A DNA stretch of 64,000 nt from Octopus bimaculoides (Eukaryota). Location: assembly GCF_001194135.2 (NCBI RefSeq), contig NC_068997.1, positions 1,661,747 through 1,725,746 of the forward strand, read 5' to 3'. Positions 1 through 14,114 of the stretch are shown here, in pieces. A program made the position numbers and the translations under genes. The notes under the pieces were generated by a model. The model did not search any database. It had not been told where the DNA came from and saw only the letters and a program-made list of their open reading frames with translations. Each line of letters starts with the position of its first letter. Positions within the stretch are counted from its first letter, which is position 1.

Positions 1-334
1 TGCAGAACAGCGACGGACATTACGAGCTTTCATAGTTGGTACTGTGCTGTGACTCTAGTCGAATATTCTTGCTGTCTCTAAGTTTTAGCAGTTTATGAAA
101 TACGAAGGTGTGTACCCAGGGTGCAGGAAAAATTTATTATGGAATAAGCGTTTGCACACACATACATACACTCGCTCACACACAGATGCACACATACACA
201 CACGCATACACCCACATACTCGCACACAAACATACACATACACACATGCACATTCGCACATACAGGGACCCACATGGATACTAATACGCTCAGGCAAACA
301 GGCATACCTATTAATAAAATCATCTATCTTTCGT

Positions 335-720
335 GGTATCCCAAATTTCTAAGACTATCCAGAGTCCATATCTTGGCAAAGCAGACGTAGACAACTGCTA
401 AATTGTCTCTTCAAACTAGATATTCTTAGATGATGTAATACATATTGTAGATACTCCGGGACACAAAGGCCATGTAGAATACAATGACCCGTCCATGTCG
501 GTAATTTTGTGAGTTATAATTATATAATTTTGAAAGGAAGTCGGGCAGAGAATTTGAGCGATATTGAGGGACCCATCTTTAGATGCCAGTAGGGAAGAAA
601 TCTGATTCCACACATCAGGTGTGAGTGAAGTTAGCCAATGTTCAGGTTGCAGTGTTAAATTGCGTGACATGTTAAGGTCTCGCGTCATTTGTTGGTGTGT
701 TAGGTTTGCTACTACTATCA
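335..720 (-). pseudogene. Decayed LINE reverse-transcriptase fragment (CR1/Jockey-like)
   Basis: Minus-strand frames give QYRSNSL (cf. NYRPISL), HG(F)VSRS (cf. HGFRPGRS) and RDNLAVVYVCFAK (cf. VDVVYLDFAKAFD) in the expected order, with stops and frameshifts. Confidence 0.55.
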
Positions 721-1660
721 GAGAACAAGGCCAGTCCGACTATGTAGTTCCATTGACAAAGTCTTAGTAAACACGGGCCTAGCAGTAGGATAGAACACTA
801 TACTTTGTACATGTGAAGCGAAATTATTAGCCATAAAAACATGCCATTATATTGCAAAACTGAGTTAATGTCCTAGCCATCCCCGTCGTACTCTGACTGT
901 GAAACAATACAGAGGATCCTACTACTGCTGCTGTTGTTGTTTAACCAGTTAAGATTGCAGCAATTTCCAACGAACCATGAAGGAATGAGAAAATGGCAGG
1001 TATTTGGAATCATTTATCTCAATAGTCATAACTCGACAGTTTGGGAGAGAAGCCAATAATGAAGCTGAAGCTGTAATTAAAATAATTAGAGAAGCTCGAT
1101 GTCAGCTTCATTAGTTACAACGTGTATCACTGACTGTGGTTAGGAATAAGTCACTGTCTTAGCAAATAACTGGAAATAACTCAAATCTCAACTGTTGTAG
1201 TTATTGCTTGTCTCTAGACTGACCGTTACTAAGCAAACCAAAGTTGTTTCAACCACAATCGTCTTGTTCTTTTGGTGTATAAAACTAAACGAATTGTTTA
1301 AGAATCTCTTCCCTTTTATTCAGACAGTTCGGTGTAGTTTCAGGCAGATTTGGTCGCTATGTCTAGCATAGAAACCCCCTCGATATGGTTTATAGTTAGT
1401 TTAGTTTGATTTCTAGGTCGTTCCCGATGAAACAGAAATGATCAAAAGCCTTCCATCCCTGACCAACCAGTCAGGTTTCTATATAGTACTACATTGTAGA
1501 GTAGATCTTACATTTCCAAAGCATAGGAATTAAGAGAACTTATATCTGGCCGTCGCTTAAATGGATCAGTGAAATTTGGTCCCATAACGTCTAGAAAATG
1601 GCAGAATTTATTTTGTGCAAAGCAGAAGTTAATGCTGAAATTTTGGCAAGGGTTATGTTC

Positions 1661-1869
1661 TTTTCTACTCTAGGCACAAGGCCCGAAATTTTTGAGGAAG
1701 GTACCAGTCGATCAGATCCCCCAGTACAAAACTGGTACTTAATTTTCAAACCCGAACGGATGAAAGGCAAAATCAACCTCGGTGGAATTTGAACTCAGAA
1801 CGTAAAGGCAGACGGAATAACGTTAAGTTTTTCGCCCGGAGTGCTAACGATTCTGCCAGCTCACTGCCT
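1661..1869 (-). mobile_element. tRNA-derived SINE, family B (head GGCGGTGAGCTGGCAGAATCGTTAGCAC)
   Basis: Reverse complement has A/B-box-like motifs (TGGCAGAATCGTT, GAGTTCAAATTCC) and the body shared with more than 10 other copies in this window. Confidence 0.85.
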
Positions 1870-2204
1870 TTGGTAAGGGTTATATGGAAATGGTTAATCA
1901 TAGAATCATATGTTAGAACTTACACTGCTCAAGGCTAAACTATCACAGAGTATTTGGGTATATTTAGTGTTCTTGCAAGTAAATACCCCGTTCCCTCTAC
2001 ACGTATTTTCCTCGGTGATTCTGAGTTATATTCTGTGGTTGCATGTGTTATTGTGTACCCTTTAAAGTTCTAATAAAGTTGTATGTACGGTTTCTGACAT
2101 ATTATTCCATGATCGACTTTATCGAAAAAAAAAAAACCCTGGCAAAGTCGAGATATTCACATTTGAGTGCTCGCGCAACTGTTTTCGCACGCGGGCGGTT
2201 GTGT

Positions 2205-2860
2205 CGTAAGAGCTGTGTCTGTTAGCCTCTTCTCAGTCGATAAACCATGGTTAGTGTCAGTGAGCAAGTCATTTACTTCAAGGAACGTGATCAGTTTGAT
2301 TCTGATTATGTGTTCCATGAGATTCCTGATACGCGAGGTTAGAGAAATAGGCCTATAGTTACTGGCATCGTCCCTGCCAAATCCTTAATGCATTGGAAGC
2401 GTTTACCTTCCAAGAAAACTTTAAAAGAGAAACTGCAGTGGTTTTTCTAAAGCTCTTTAACATGATTTTAGAAAGATTGGTGGAATTCATCAGGGCCAAT
2501 AACTGAATTCAAGTTTATCTTGTTAACGGTCAGTATTACATATTTTTATGCCGATATAATCAATCGTCAAAGTATCACAGTATCCGTTTCTATACATGTA
2601 GTGGCAAAGATCTCTGCATGTTTACTGAATTGCATGTGACGTAGGTGGTATGGTGAAAACACTTTTGAATTGTTCATTCAGTGTTTCCTTTATCACCATT
2701 GGGTTACCAGTTATGGAAAAGTCTTTTTGGAAGTGTGACCCTACGTTGCAGTGTACTGAGACAGTTACCCAGTGTGCTGAGATTCAGAAAGTATACGACA
2801 TCATATTCTTCTCGAAATTCCAATCACTGTACTAGGTCGTTACCTTCCTTTTCACAGTAA
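2205..2860 (-). pseudogene. CR1-like LINE RT fragment
   Basis: Minus strand translates to DDASNYRPISLTSRIRNLMEHIIRIKLITFLEVNDLLTDTNHG, a typical CR1/Jockey-group RT motif block. Flanks are decayed. Confidence 0.75.
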
Positions 2861-3724
2861 GAATATTCAATTAAACATTTCTTATCACTGCTTTTTCTTC
2901 GTCAAAATGCCAAAGAAATTATCACGTTTTCAGACCACATACAACCCTTTCCACTTCACATACCGCCAATATACTTCCTTCTTTGGATCCTATTTTCACA
3001 ATTTTATTACTCCATCCCATGTTATAAGCTGTAGTATGTGTGTCAATAAGATATATGCGTGTTTATAATATATACTAGACTTACTACCCATCGTTGGTCG
3101 GTAAAATAGTTACTGAATTGGTTGCCATTTTGTAGAATGGGAATTTACGGTATGTATGTATGCATATATATTTAACCTAACTTCTGGACTTAATTGGAAC
3201 TATCCAAACAATAGTAATGAATTTACATGAGTAGATACTTAAAAAAAAATTTTATTCTGAAAATCACCTGTAACTTTTGTTTTAAAGTGAAAGACAGGAG
3301 AAAGTGGAAGATGCATGGACGTGTATATGAAACAGACGTGTGTGTGTGTGTATGCATGAGAGAGAGAGAGGCAGAGAGATAGATAGAGAGAGTATGTGTG
3401 CCACATACACCTACATGAGAACACACACGTTCAATCACTCACACACACACACTCTCTCTCACACACACATGCACACGTACATACAAAATGATGTATGCAT
3501 ATGTATTGGTGTATGTACGTATACATGACAACACACCCTTCACTCACTCTCTCTCTATTTTCCTCTCTCTCTTACTCTTTCCCTCTCTCTCTTCCTCTAT
3601 TTCACACACACACGTCCATTTCTCCCCTCTTTCACTTTAAAACAAAAGTAAATAAATAAATATTATTTTTACGGAAATTAACGAACTCCGGATGATGAAA
3701 TTACCTTCAGTTAAAAATATTTCT

Positions 3725-5004
3725 AAATGGAAGGTAGATAAAACACAAACCCCTTCAGGTAGATGGCCCTGCTCAGTATGTAGAAAAGGAGTAGGTAGTA
3801 ACTCTATAAGATGTACCCGGTGCAAGCTATGGGCACATAAGAGGTGCAGCAACATCAAAGGCAGGTTAACTAGCAAGTTAGTTTTTGTTTGTGGCAGATG
3901 TTCAGGTGCAATAAAGACTGCAAACAAACAGGAAACAACTTCTATCTCATTCCAGGGTGAAAAACTAGAGGTAGTCGATAGCTTCCGCTATCTGGGCGAC
4001 CAAGTTAGTAGTGGGGGTGGGTGCGCTGAAAGTGTAGCTGCTAGAATAAGAATAGCCTGGGCAAAGTTTAGAGAGCTCTTACCCCTGCTGGCGACAAAGG
4101 GACTCTCANNNNNNNNNNNNNNNNNNNNNNNNNNNNNNNNNNNNNNNNNNNNNNNNNNNNNNNNNNNNNNNNNNNNNNNNNNNNNNNNNNNNNNNNNNNN
4201 NNNNNNNNNNNNNNNNNNNNNNNNNNNNNNNNNNNNNNNNNNNNNNNNNNNNNNNNNNNNNNNNNNNNNNNNNNNNNNNNNNNNNNNNNNNNNNNNNNNN
4301 NNNNNNNNNNNNNNNNNNNNNNNNNNNNNNNNNNNNNNNNNNNNNNNNNNNNNNNNNNNNNNNNNNNNNNNNNNNNNNNNNNNNNNNNNNNNNNNNNNNN
4401 NNNNNNNNNNNNNNNNNNNNNNNNNNNNNNNNNNNNNNNNNNNNNNNNNNNNNNNNNNNNNNNNNNNNNNNNNNNNNNNNNNNNNNNNNNNNNNNNNNNN
4501 NNNNNNNNNNNNNNNNNNNNNNNNNNNNNNNNNNNNNNNNNNNNNNNNNNNNNNNNNNNNNNNNNNNNNNNNNNNNNNNNNNNNNNNNNNNNNNNNNNNN
4601 NNNNNNNNNNNNNNNNNNNNNNNNNNNNNNNNNNNNNNNNNNNNNNNNNNNNNNNNNNNNNNNNNNNNNNNNNNNNNNNNNNNNNNNNNNNNNNNNNNNN
4701 NNNNNNNNNNNNNNNNNNNNNNNNNNNNNNNNNNNNNNNNNNNNNNNNNNNNNNNNNNNNNNNNNNNNNNNNNNNNNNNNNNNNNNNNNGGTGGCACATA
4801 AAAGACACCATTTCGAGCGTGGCCGTTTTCGTGCGGGTGACACGTAAAAGCACCCACTACACTCTCTGAGTGGTTGGCGTTAGGAAGGGCATCCAGCTGT
4901 AGAAACTCTGCCAAATCAGACTGGAGCCTGGTGTTGCCATCCGGTTTCACCAGTCCTCAGTCAAATCGTCCAACCCATGCTAGCATGGAAAGCGGACGTT
5001 AAAC

Positions 5005-5034
<30 letters not shown>
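3725..5034 (+). mobile_element. 5'-truncated RTE-clade LINE (ORF2 C-terminal part, gap, 3' UTR, (GAT)10 tail)
   Basis: ORF has a C4HC3 finger then EKLEVVDSFRYLGDQVSSGGGCAESVAARIRIAWAKFRELLPLL (RTE post-RT motif). After the gap the 3' UTR ends GGAAAGCGGACGTTAAAC followed by (GAT)10 at 5005-5034. Confidence 0.9.
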
Positions 5035-5035
<1 letters not shown>

Positions 5036-5367
5036 ACACTATTGTGTTTACGTCAAAAAGTCGACGTTTTTTTTTCTACCTTAGTGAGCGCGAACACTAT
5101 GTGTGTATATATGTCACAGATTGCGGACGTGTATTTGTGTTGACTGACATGCCATGGCATTCATTATATGTGTGTGTATTCTGTATGTGTGTTGACGTTA
5201 CGGAAGCCATGTATTTTTCAAGATATAACACACAAAAATTGTCGCTTAAGTAGAGGTCCAATTGTCACTATGCTCCGAAGGTAAGTATAAAAACAAATAT
5301 GCAAAAAATATGCTATTTCTGAGATATTTCAGTTACACACAAACATCCGTAGAGTTTTACTATTATG

Positions 5368-5417
<50 letters not shown>

Positions 5418-7540
5418 TCATAATTTACACACATATATGTGTAACATATAAATACCTGATAGGCGCGCGCACACTCACACACATAATTAGGATGTTATTT
5501 ATATATGTAAGGAGTAATGATACAAAGCGAAACCTTTAATGCGTGTCGAATATAACTATTTCTTTCTCCACAACAGAACTGAACTAGCTTTTAAACTTTA
5601 GCAAATGTCATTGAACTTAGCTTCACGCTCTTCTTTGAAGAAGACAAAATATCTATAAATATGGCCTATACGTTATTTTACACACTCTTGAATAATTTCA
5701 GATATTTTTATTGTGAAAATGAATGGAAAAAAAGCTATTTCTTTTTCTGTATATGCTTGAAATTTCTTTTAGATTTATTGATAAATATGTTTAAAAACAA
5801 TTCTACAAATAAATTTTAAACTTGTGTATCTGGTGTCTAGTTTTATTCGGTTTATCTGGAATAAATCTTTATTAGCGTAGAATATTATACAACCATATAT
5901 ACATATATACACATAGCTATACATGTATAAATATACTAACACATATAAATATGCTCATATATATATGTGTGTGTGTGCGTGTGGGCAAGGAAGAAATATG
6001 ATTTTTGTGGAAGGAATTTAAGCAATCCCCAGAACTCATCTCAGTAACTTCACTTAGATGTGGAAGATAAGGACGTGCGGTGAAGCATATTCTTTGGAAA
6101 AGAGAGGGGTTTTTTTGCATGAAAAACAAACGCAAAACAACGCCACATCAGCCTGTAATAAAAAGAAGATAATAAAGATATTTTAATGCGAATCTTGTCT
6201 TCTTTTGTCCATATATTATATCTCGTTTTACTGGCATAATTACATGTAATCCTACTAAAATACTTGCATTCAGTCATCTGCTTTTAATAGCAGCTGCCGC
6301 AAGTTCTTTCCTCTGCTTTTAAGTAATAATTGCTTACTTTAGGCATATAATAGTTATGTACACATAGATCAACGCGATCACACACACACACGATTTTTGT
6401 ATGTACGTATGTGTATATATAGACACAGCTACATATATTATATATACACACAGAGATACGCAGACACAGACACACACACACGCACATACACACACACATA
6501 CATACGCACACGTAGACGCTAGAAAACTTAAATTTTTATGCTCCTTTTGTTCCGAGATCGAGAGATCTGTCTAAAATATTCTCCATTATAGTTTGAATGA
6601 AGATTAAATATCACAATATGTTTTAAGTAATATAAAGAAATTGTATTACAGACTCATTGTAAACTTTTACACACATTCTCACGGGTAAACATAATATTGG
6701 GTGCCAAAAACTGACAGACACAAGCAGCCAACTATACACTTACACAAACAAACAACGTTTATACACAATCTTTATATGCATATGTGTAGGTTCGTAAACA
6801 GGCCTATATGAGAGTAGAATAATGAAGTAAGCTAGCCCGAATAAACAAACTCAGTTCGCTTCGAACCACGCTTATAGATAGACCCTGAATGAAGGTGGAC
6901 AGCAGAAAATGGTGTGTTGCATACGCAGTTGCCCATATTCTGTGCAGTAGTAACACGTGCCAATCATTTAAACTAACTAATTATGCTGTATAACTATTAC
7001 ACTAACAGACATGTTTGAAGATATACCAGACTCCGTATTCTTTACACGGTTTTTGGTAACGATGAACCTCGAAAGAAATAAAGCTATAATAGTGCGTAAA
7101 TATAATGCTGAAAACGCTTTAAAATAGAAAAAAATGAAGTCTCTCTTTATCCAAGAGGACTTTAACCCAATATTTACACGCTACTACTTTTCGCTTTACT
7201 TGCTTCGAGATTCACTCTTCCTAAGAAGAGTTATTCCACAACCTCAAAGTTTCTGATATTTTTAATGACGTCAACAATATATATGTGTTTGTTTGTGTGT
7301 GTTTGCATATTCATTATTCTTATACATGAAAACTGGCGATAGTTTAGCTGGCCAAAACTTCGAGCCACTTCCCGCTCTCTGCTACCTGTCTCAGTAAACA
7401 TTCAATGACGACAATAGGTGTCCCTTGCACAATGTTCTATTCTCCGCTATCATGACACCATATCTTGGTGCTAACATCAACCGACTACACAGTTACAATA
7501 ACAGCTGACATATCGATAGAGGTCACTGGTTCACATCCCA

Positions 7541-7930
7541 TTTATCTTTTATCCTTTATTTATTTCAGTTGTTAGGTTGCGGTCATGCTGGGGCACCATC
7601 TTGAAGAATTTTTGTCGACTGTATCGACGCCAGTTCTTCTTATTTCTGAAGTCTCGTACTTATTCTATCGGTCTCTTTTGCCGAACCGCTAAGTTACGGT
7701 GACGTATACACACCGAGATCGGTTGTCAATCGGTGATGGAGAACGCGCGCACACACGCACATACACACAACGGGCTGCCCTGATTTCCGTCTTTCAAATC
7801 CACTCACAAGGTTTTGGTCTGTCCAAGTCTACAGTAGAAGACACGTGTGCGAGGTGACACACTGTGGGACTGAACCCAGATCCATGTGGTTGGTAAGCAA
7901 ACACGTTACCACACAGTTGCACTTGTGCCT
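7541..7930 (-). mobile_element. tRNA-derived SINE, family A (head GGCGCAGGAGTGGCTGTGTGGTAAG), full length
   Basis: Reverse complement shows head, GGTTCAGTCCCAC B-box, body, internal dinucleotide tract and a GCGGTTCGGCAAAAGAGACCGATAGAATAAGTAC tail as in other copies. Confidence 0.85.
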
Positions 7931-8467
7931 ATAAGTGATGTATTAAGAATTTCTGATACCCAGCAGGTCAGAGTCTCACAGTCTTGCTAATGAGTTTTAA
8001 AGATGTATGCCGCAGGCTCCTACACACATAGTCACACAAGCAATGAAATTAATATGCTTATTATTGAAGATAACAAATTGGAATTATATTTGTTACTAGC
8101 AACACTGAAATAATCTTTTCTATAAATAAAATGAAAAAACTGGTGAACAAGTAAAAGCAATTTCGACATATTTCATAAATCAATTGTTTTTGTTTGAAAT
8201 ATACACTTCTTTCACCCTATATGAATGTCTTGTAGCCTGTTCCTTTGTTGTTAATACGTTTTGTGAAATGCATAAATGTGAATATTACGCACGCTTTCAC
8301 TATAGGAATAACATCTAATTAATAGCAATCCCGTATTTTTTTCTTGTGGATGTAGGTCATTCTATTGATAATAACAGCTGTTTCTTGTAAATATTTTCTT
8401 AACTGTTTTATCTTCTAGAAATAGAATTCATGATGTCCTTATAATCAATATTAATGGAACTGTAATT

Positions 8468-8595
8468 CCTTTGAAATAGAGGTACAACTCGTATTTGTCA
8501 GCTGAGTGGACTGGAGCAACGCACCGTTGGGAATCGAACTCATAACTTTATGGTCGTGAGCTGAACACACTAACCACTAAGCTAGGCGCCTTCAC
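8468..8595 (-). mobile_element. tRNA-derived SINE, family C (head GTGAAGGCGC), internally deleted
   Basis: Reverse complement GTGAAGGCGCCTAGCTTAGTGGTTAG...GAGTTCGATTCCC...TTGCTCCAGTCCACTCAGCTG is similar to the copy at 42044. Confidence 0.7.
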
Positions 8596-9759
8596 ATTTC
8601 CTTTACAACTCATTCTTCACCACACCCACTACTTTCTATCTGTATCGGCAGGGCGATAATGTTAGTACCAGTAATATACTAGGAGGAGAATTTTGGTACC
8701 AGGAATACACGAGGATGAATTCAATAAACTGTAACACAGTCTGGCAGAAATCTACCTCAGGTCTTGTTAAAATTTGATTTGGCGTTAATCGATTTTCTTT
8801 AAGAACCTGCTCCTTCCAGCCAAATTCATGCATCATTTATGGTTCCTCGTGATACCAATTCCCTTCACCTATGTGAAAGCATGAGCCACACATATTCTCA
8901 TTCCCCTCTATTCCTAAAGGTATATGGTGCAACGACTATGTAGACAAATCAATGTGAAAGTGAATTAGCTATTTATGTATCGCTGTTGATGAAGTTGACT
9001 TCATGAAGAGAGAATTTATTTGGCATTATCGATGTAAATAAACGCTATCAAAAGAGTGCTAGCTTTACTATCAAACCATTAAGAAGCTACTCTCTTATTA
9101 TTTTAATAATAAGTTCAACCATCAAAACGAGTTTATAACGTTTTTATGGAACTATCGGCATTTCCCATCACACAGCTCTATCTTATACTTTCTTAACGTT
9201 CATTTACTTAATGCTTTTAAGTTTCTGCAAATTTTATAAGAATGGCAAGCAAAGAATTAGACGGAACCAAAATATTTTGATCGAAAAATGAATTAGTTTG
9301 AAAATGTTCTATTACTACATTTTTTCCTTTCATTTATTTATGGTATAGCTGCTAAGATAAAATATTTCATAGAAAATATTAAGAACAAACTTTACTCGTC
9401 TGGTTATGCTGTGGATTTTCAAATGGCTGAACACTATTAAATTTCGTGTTTAGTTACTAGGAAACACCAACAATAAAAGTCTATAGACTCGTTCCAAATT
9501 CAAGTTTCTTGGAAAGTTATATTTAATCTGCATTTCAATTAGTTTGTAAGAATCTAGTTTCTCTACTTTAAAGATTACTGAACCACCTGGGAATCAACAA
9601 AACATAATATGCATTCAAATCTAAATCACTTTTATTGTAAATATATATCTAGTAAGGTGTCATCGCTATAACAAGACATGCAGTACAAACAATAGTGTGG
9701 GGTTCATGACCTATTGACCTCATGATCTGACATCGTCAACTAACATATTTGTATTGGAT

Positions 9760-10520
9760 CAGTGTGTGAATCTAAGAACAACAAATGTGACATTTCCTTG
9801 GACGACAAAAAGAAATGCTTTTGTATATAGGTGTGCATAAAGTTTTTAGGTGTTCTATTTTTGTAAACACGCATTGCAGAAGTTTCTACTTATATGATCA
9901 ATTGGTGAACTCTTCTCCTGCAGAGCTAGTTCTTGTGCATTTGTGTTCTTCATCAAATATTCGATAACATTTTTCAGTCAGCCATTTTTCTGTTTTAATT
10001 CTCGCAGTATTCTCATAACTAGCGGCAGAATGCGTGGCATGAGAAAAATATATTTCACTAAGCAAAACAGATGCAGTGCCACGATATTCTAATGTGGAAA
10101 GGCTTTGACTTATGGAAGACTGCTTTCAATGTTGATACTGATTCTTTAGAAAAGTTTAAGTATCTTCTATAGCCATTACTGATGAAATGTGATCAACTTC
10201 TACATCACCTTTTCCTGTGTCTCTCCATGTTCAACTGCCGTGTACAACTGTTAGCAGAACTATTTTAGTAGAAAGATAAAATTTTTTTTAAAGTGCTAAT
10301 GTTCATTGATGTTCATGATATGGTGTATAGCTCGTGCCTTGCAATTCCACCTTTCGGGCACTTTTTATTCGTCTATCACTAATAATGGTATTTGCCAGTT
10401 TGGATTATTTGACACATCTACCATTGTACGTAATCCGCGAAGTTAGTTGGCTTGAAGCATTAAACTGCATAACCTTGATCTTCTTCGCAACAAATCCTAA
10501 ATCCCTATATACTGCTAGGA
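9760..10520 (-). pseudogene. Highly decayed RTE-like LINE C-terminal fragment
   Basis: Minus strand gives KKIKVMQFN, SRITYNGRCVK (cf. STITSDGRC), TVVHGS*TW (cf. LYGSETW), HIRISW and RPRK in the expected order. Confidence 0.45.
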
Positions 10521-11492
10521 ACGCTATCTACATAAAAGAGGTCACAAAATATTTCCTTTATCCTTGAAAAGGCTAAAATATAATAAGTTAAAATATTTGT
10601 ACTATGTATATATGTATATATATATATATATATATNNNNNNNNNNNNNNNNNNNNNNNNNNNNNNNNNNNNNNNNNNNNNNNNNNNNNNNNNNNNNNNNN
10701 NNNNNNNNNNNNNNNNNNNNNNNNNNNNNNNNNNNNNNNNNNNNNNNNNNNNNNNNNNNNNNNNNNNNNNNNNNNNNNNNNNNNNNNNNNNNNNNNNNNN
10801 NNNNNNNNNNNNNNNNNNNNNNNNNNNNNNNNNNNNNNNNNNNNNNNNNNNNNNNNNNNNNNNNNNNNNNNNNNNNNNNNNNNNNNNNNNNNNNNNNNNN
10901 NNNNNNNNNNNNNNNNNNNNNNNNNNNNNNNNNNNNNNNNNNNNNNNNNNNNNNNNNNNNNNNNNNNNNNNNNNNNNNNNNNNNNNNNNNNNNNNNNNNN
11001 NNNNNNNNNNNNNNNNNNNNNNNNNNNNNNNNNNNNNNNNNNNNNNNNNNNNNNNNNNNNNNNNNNNNNNNNNNNNNNNNNNNNNNNNNNNNNNNNNNNN
11101 NNNNNNNNNNNNNNNNNNNNNNNNNNNNNNNNNNNNNNNNNNNNNNNNNNNNNNNNNNNNNNNNNNNNNNNNNNNNNNNNNNNNNNNNNNNNNNNNNNNN
11201 NNNNNNNNNNNNNNNNNNNNNNNNNNNNNNNNNNNNNNNNNNNNNNNNNNNNNNNNNNNNNNNNNNNNNNNNNNNNNNNNNNNNNNNNNNNNNNNNNNNN
11301 NNNNNNNNNNNNNNNNNNNNNNNNNNNNNNNNNNNNNNNNNNNNNNNNNNNNNNNNNNNNNNNNNNNNNNNNNNNNNNNNNNNNNNNNNNNNNNNNNNNN
11401 NNNNNNNNNNNNNNNNNNNNNNNNNNNNNNNNNNNNNNNNNNNNNNNNNNNNNNNNNNNNNNNNNNNNNNNNNNNNNNNNNNNNNNNNNNNN

Positions 11493-11523
<31 letters not shown>

Positions 11524-12654
11524 GTACATATTTATGTGTGTGTGTGTGCGTGTGTGTTTCACGTTTATCAGCATGTTAACCTTATATCTTCTACATTTCA
11601 CAGGGACAGTCTTATAATTTTGATTTCTAAATAGATTCTCCTTTCATTTCTTCAAGCCTTGTATGTGTATGTCGGTTTCAATTATGATCATATATTATAT
11701 ACATGAAAGCATTACTTTTAATGCGTTAGGTTGTTTTCATGTATTTACTACTTCCTCTCTTATTTGGATCTGTCACTTAGAATTGTCTTTCCTATTTCTA
11801 GAGTACAAATTTATGTCAAACAAATATAAATGTTAAATCATCGCGATTCCTGCATTGCTACATCGATATCATTTTGCTATTTATGGATAATTTGAATCGA
11901 TATTACACCAATGATATACCATGGCCCATTTAATCTCTTACTCCACCATCTCACTGTGCCGTAACCAATGATGTGAGAGGTATTAAAATGCACCAGTTGA
12001 GACAGAATATAGTTCGATTCCATACGTCTGCATTTTAGATTTGTTTCGTTGAAATTGTTCTAGTTTGCAGTTCAAATTGATTTATACTTCCGAGATGGAA
12101 ACATTAAACATCGTACTATGAAAGGGACAATTCACTTGCTTGGCGAATGCTGTTCCGTTTGAGATATTTCAAGGAAGGTTCCACAATGGGTACACTGACC
12201 ATAAAATTCTAGGAAAAACACACAATCAATACAGAAAATCTGGTTATTGTGAAACTAAGAATAAACATAGAGTGAAAACCTGAAGCGTCAGTGATTATTT
12301 CATCATTTTTTCTGCCCGTAGAGGGTTCAAAAAATTTAATCCATAATTTATGAAAATCATACGAGCCTGTGTTGGCACCCAAATATTTCAAAGGAAATTT
12401 CGTAAAAATAAGTATAAGTGAGATCTAAATGATTACTGCTAAGTAAAAGAAAATTAATCAGTATTTCAGGTAGATTCCCTTCTCTAACTTGACAATGATT
12501 AGCTTTATTGCAATCAAATTCCTAAAATTATACCAGTCTTTCATCTAATGCTAATTTCATAGCTCAATGATCTGTCTGACTGAAAGTTCCAGTCTGTTAG
12601 AAAGTATATCTCAGGAGGTTTCAAAATTATCATTATTCAATATTATCAGTACTA

Positions 12655-12902
12655 TGACAGAACCATTTGCACGCCGGACAAAATGATTAGTGGTGTTTTG
12701 TCCGTCAATACGTTCTGAGTTCAGATTCTGCCGAGGTCAACATTACCTTTTATCCTTTCGAGGTTGATGAAATAAGTAGCAGTCATATACTGAAATCAAT
12801 GTAATCGACGAGCGTCCTCCCTCAAAATGTCAGGCCTTGTGGCATTACGTTTGTCTTTGCGCTCTGAGTTCAATTGCCATCGAGGTTGACTATGCTGTTC
12901 AA
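12655..12902 (+). mobile_element. SINE family B plus a partial second copy
   Basis: ACGTTCTGAGTTCAGATTCTGCCGAGGTCAAC...TCCTTTCGAGGTTGAT body, with a GCTCTGAGTTCAATT fragment repeated at about 12860. Confidence 0.7.
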
Positions 12903-13095
12903 TGGTAACACTTATATCTATTAGTCTACAAGTATTTTCTTCATTGTCTTTAAAGCCTATGCCTGGTCGATTACATTACATCGTTCTTTCAGTGTTGACT
13001 AGAAAATCTCAGAGGATAGTGACATTTTTACCTCCAGCGACTGACTCAGGACGAGGTTAATACCAGTAAGCAGGTGTGCCGATTTTGTAATCTTT

Positions 13096-13120
13096 ATTGT
13101 TGTTGTTGTTGTTATTGTTG

Positions 13121-13194
<74 letters not shown>
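13096..13194. repeat. (TTG)n/(TTA)n microsatellite
   Basis: Direct read of the trinucleotide run. Confidence 0.95.
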
Positions 13195-14114
13195 ATTCAG
13201 TAATTATACCAAAACGTCCCTCTCCTCGAAAACTGAAACTTGTTTAACGATATTTTAACAAGAATATGCTCAGTATAATAATCTTCTATGAATGTGTTTT
13301 ACTTAGCTAATTTAAATACAAAGGTAACAACTATAAAATATTCAACATGTTATTTCGAAGAAACTCTGAGGCGCCGTACTAATTACCTGGAATATTCACT
13401 TTCGCACTTCTCAATTTCTAATTAGACATTTCGTCTGGCTAGACTTCATTAAGTCCATTCTCATCTCAATAAATTAAATAATACCTCATTCGATTGCTTA
13501 GATCTTTCTCAACGAAAATTGTCTTTAAGCTCAGTGAAAATGGAGTATCGCAACTCCGAGTTGTTAAATATTTCCGTTATTCTTCAACTATATTTGGTCA
13601 GTTACGTGATTTTATGAGGTTGCAGCAGTCACCTACAGAAGACATTTCGACGTTTTGAAGTATTTGTAAGGGAATTCAGCTCAACCCGATCCAGTGTCTA
13701 TCTTGAAAATGAATTACAGAAAACACTGAAATTTAATGGAGCAGTTACTAAGTTGAGTGTTTCACCGCTTGTTACTACATTGTAACGCAACAAAAACGGA
13801 GTTAATTTCTATGAATTATAAGTTAGCTTGTACAAATATTATTTTGTTCCCGAAAAGCCATAGGCGAAACAAAATATATTTTATTTGTCTAACAATTATA
13901 GATTACATATCTCATTCGCTCACAGACTGATCTTTCAGGTCTTCATTGTAAGTGGGAGGACGTAGCTTCTTTTGAAGTTGTCACCGACTAGAATATTTTA
14001 CTGTTTGTATTATTGAACTACACTCACTTTGGCGTTATCACTGGATGTGAAGCATTGCTCGCCAGCTATTTATCTCTCTTTTTAACGTATGATGTAGCTA
14101 TCAGGTGTGGTAAT

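Noticed and set aside
430-500. Apparent exon encoding DVIHIVDTPGHKGH (GTPase-like DTPGH)
   Set aside because: It is the antisense of a LINE RT remnant whose motifs are collinear on the minus strand, and no other GTPase motifs are nearby.
4936-4965. CUGAGGA...GAAAC on the minus strand of the RTE 3' UTR
   Set aside because: Only 5 nt lie between the motifs, so there is no stem II, and there is no UH cleavage site.
10564-11634. Long ORFs in the track here and at about 4100-4800, 26800-27400, 51700-52300, 53000-53900 and 57700-58400
   Set aside because: They are open only because of N-gaps and dinucleotide runs (YIYI, HTHT, CVCV).
13850-13885. CCGAAAA-GCC-AUA-GGC-GAAAC hairpin
   Set aside because: Two core changes and no stem III; too decayed to support.
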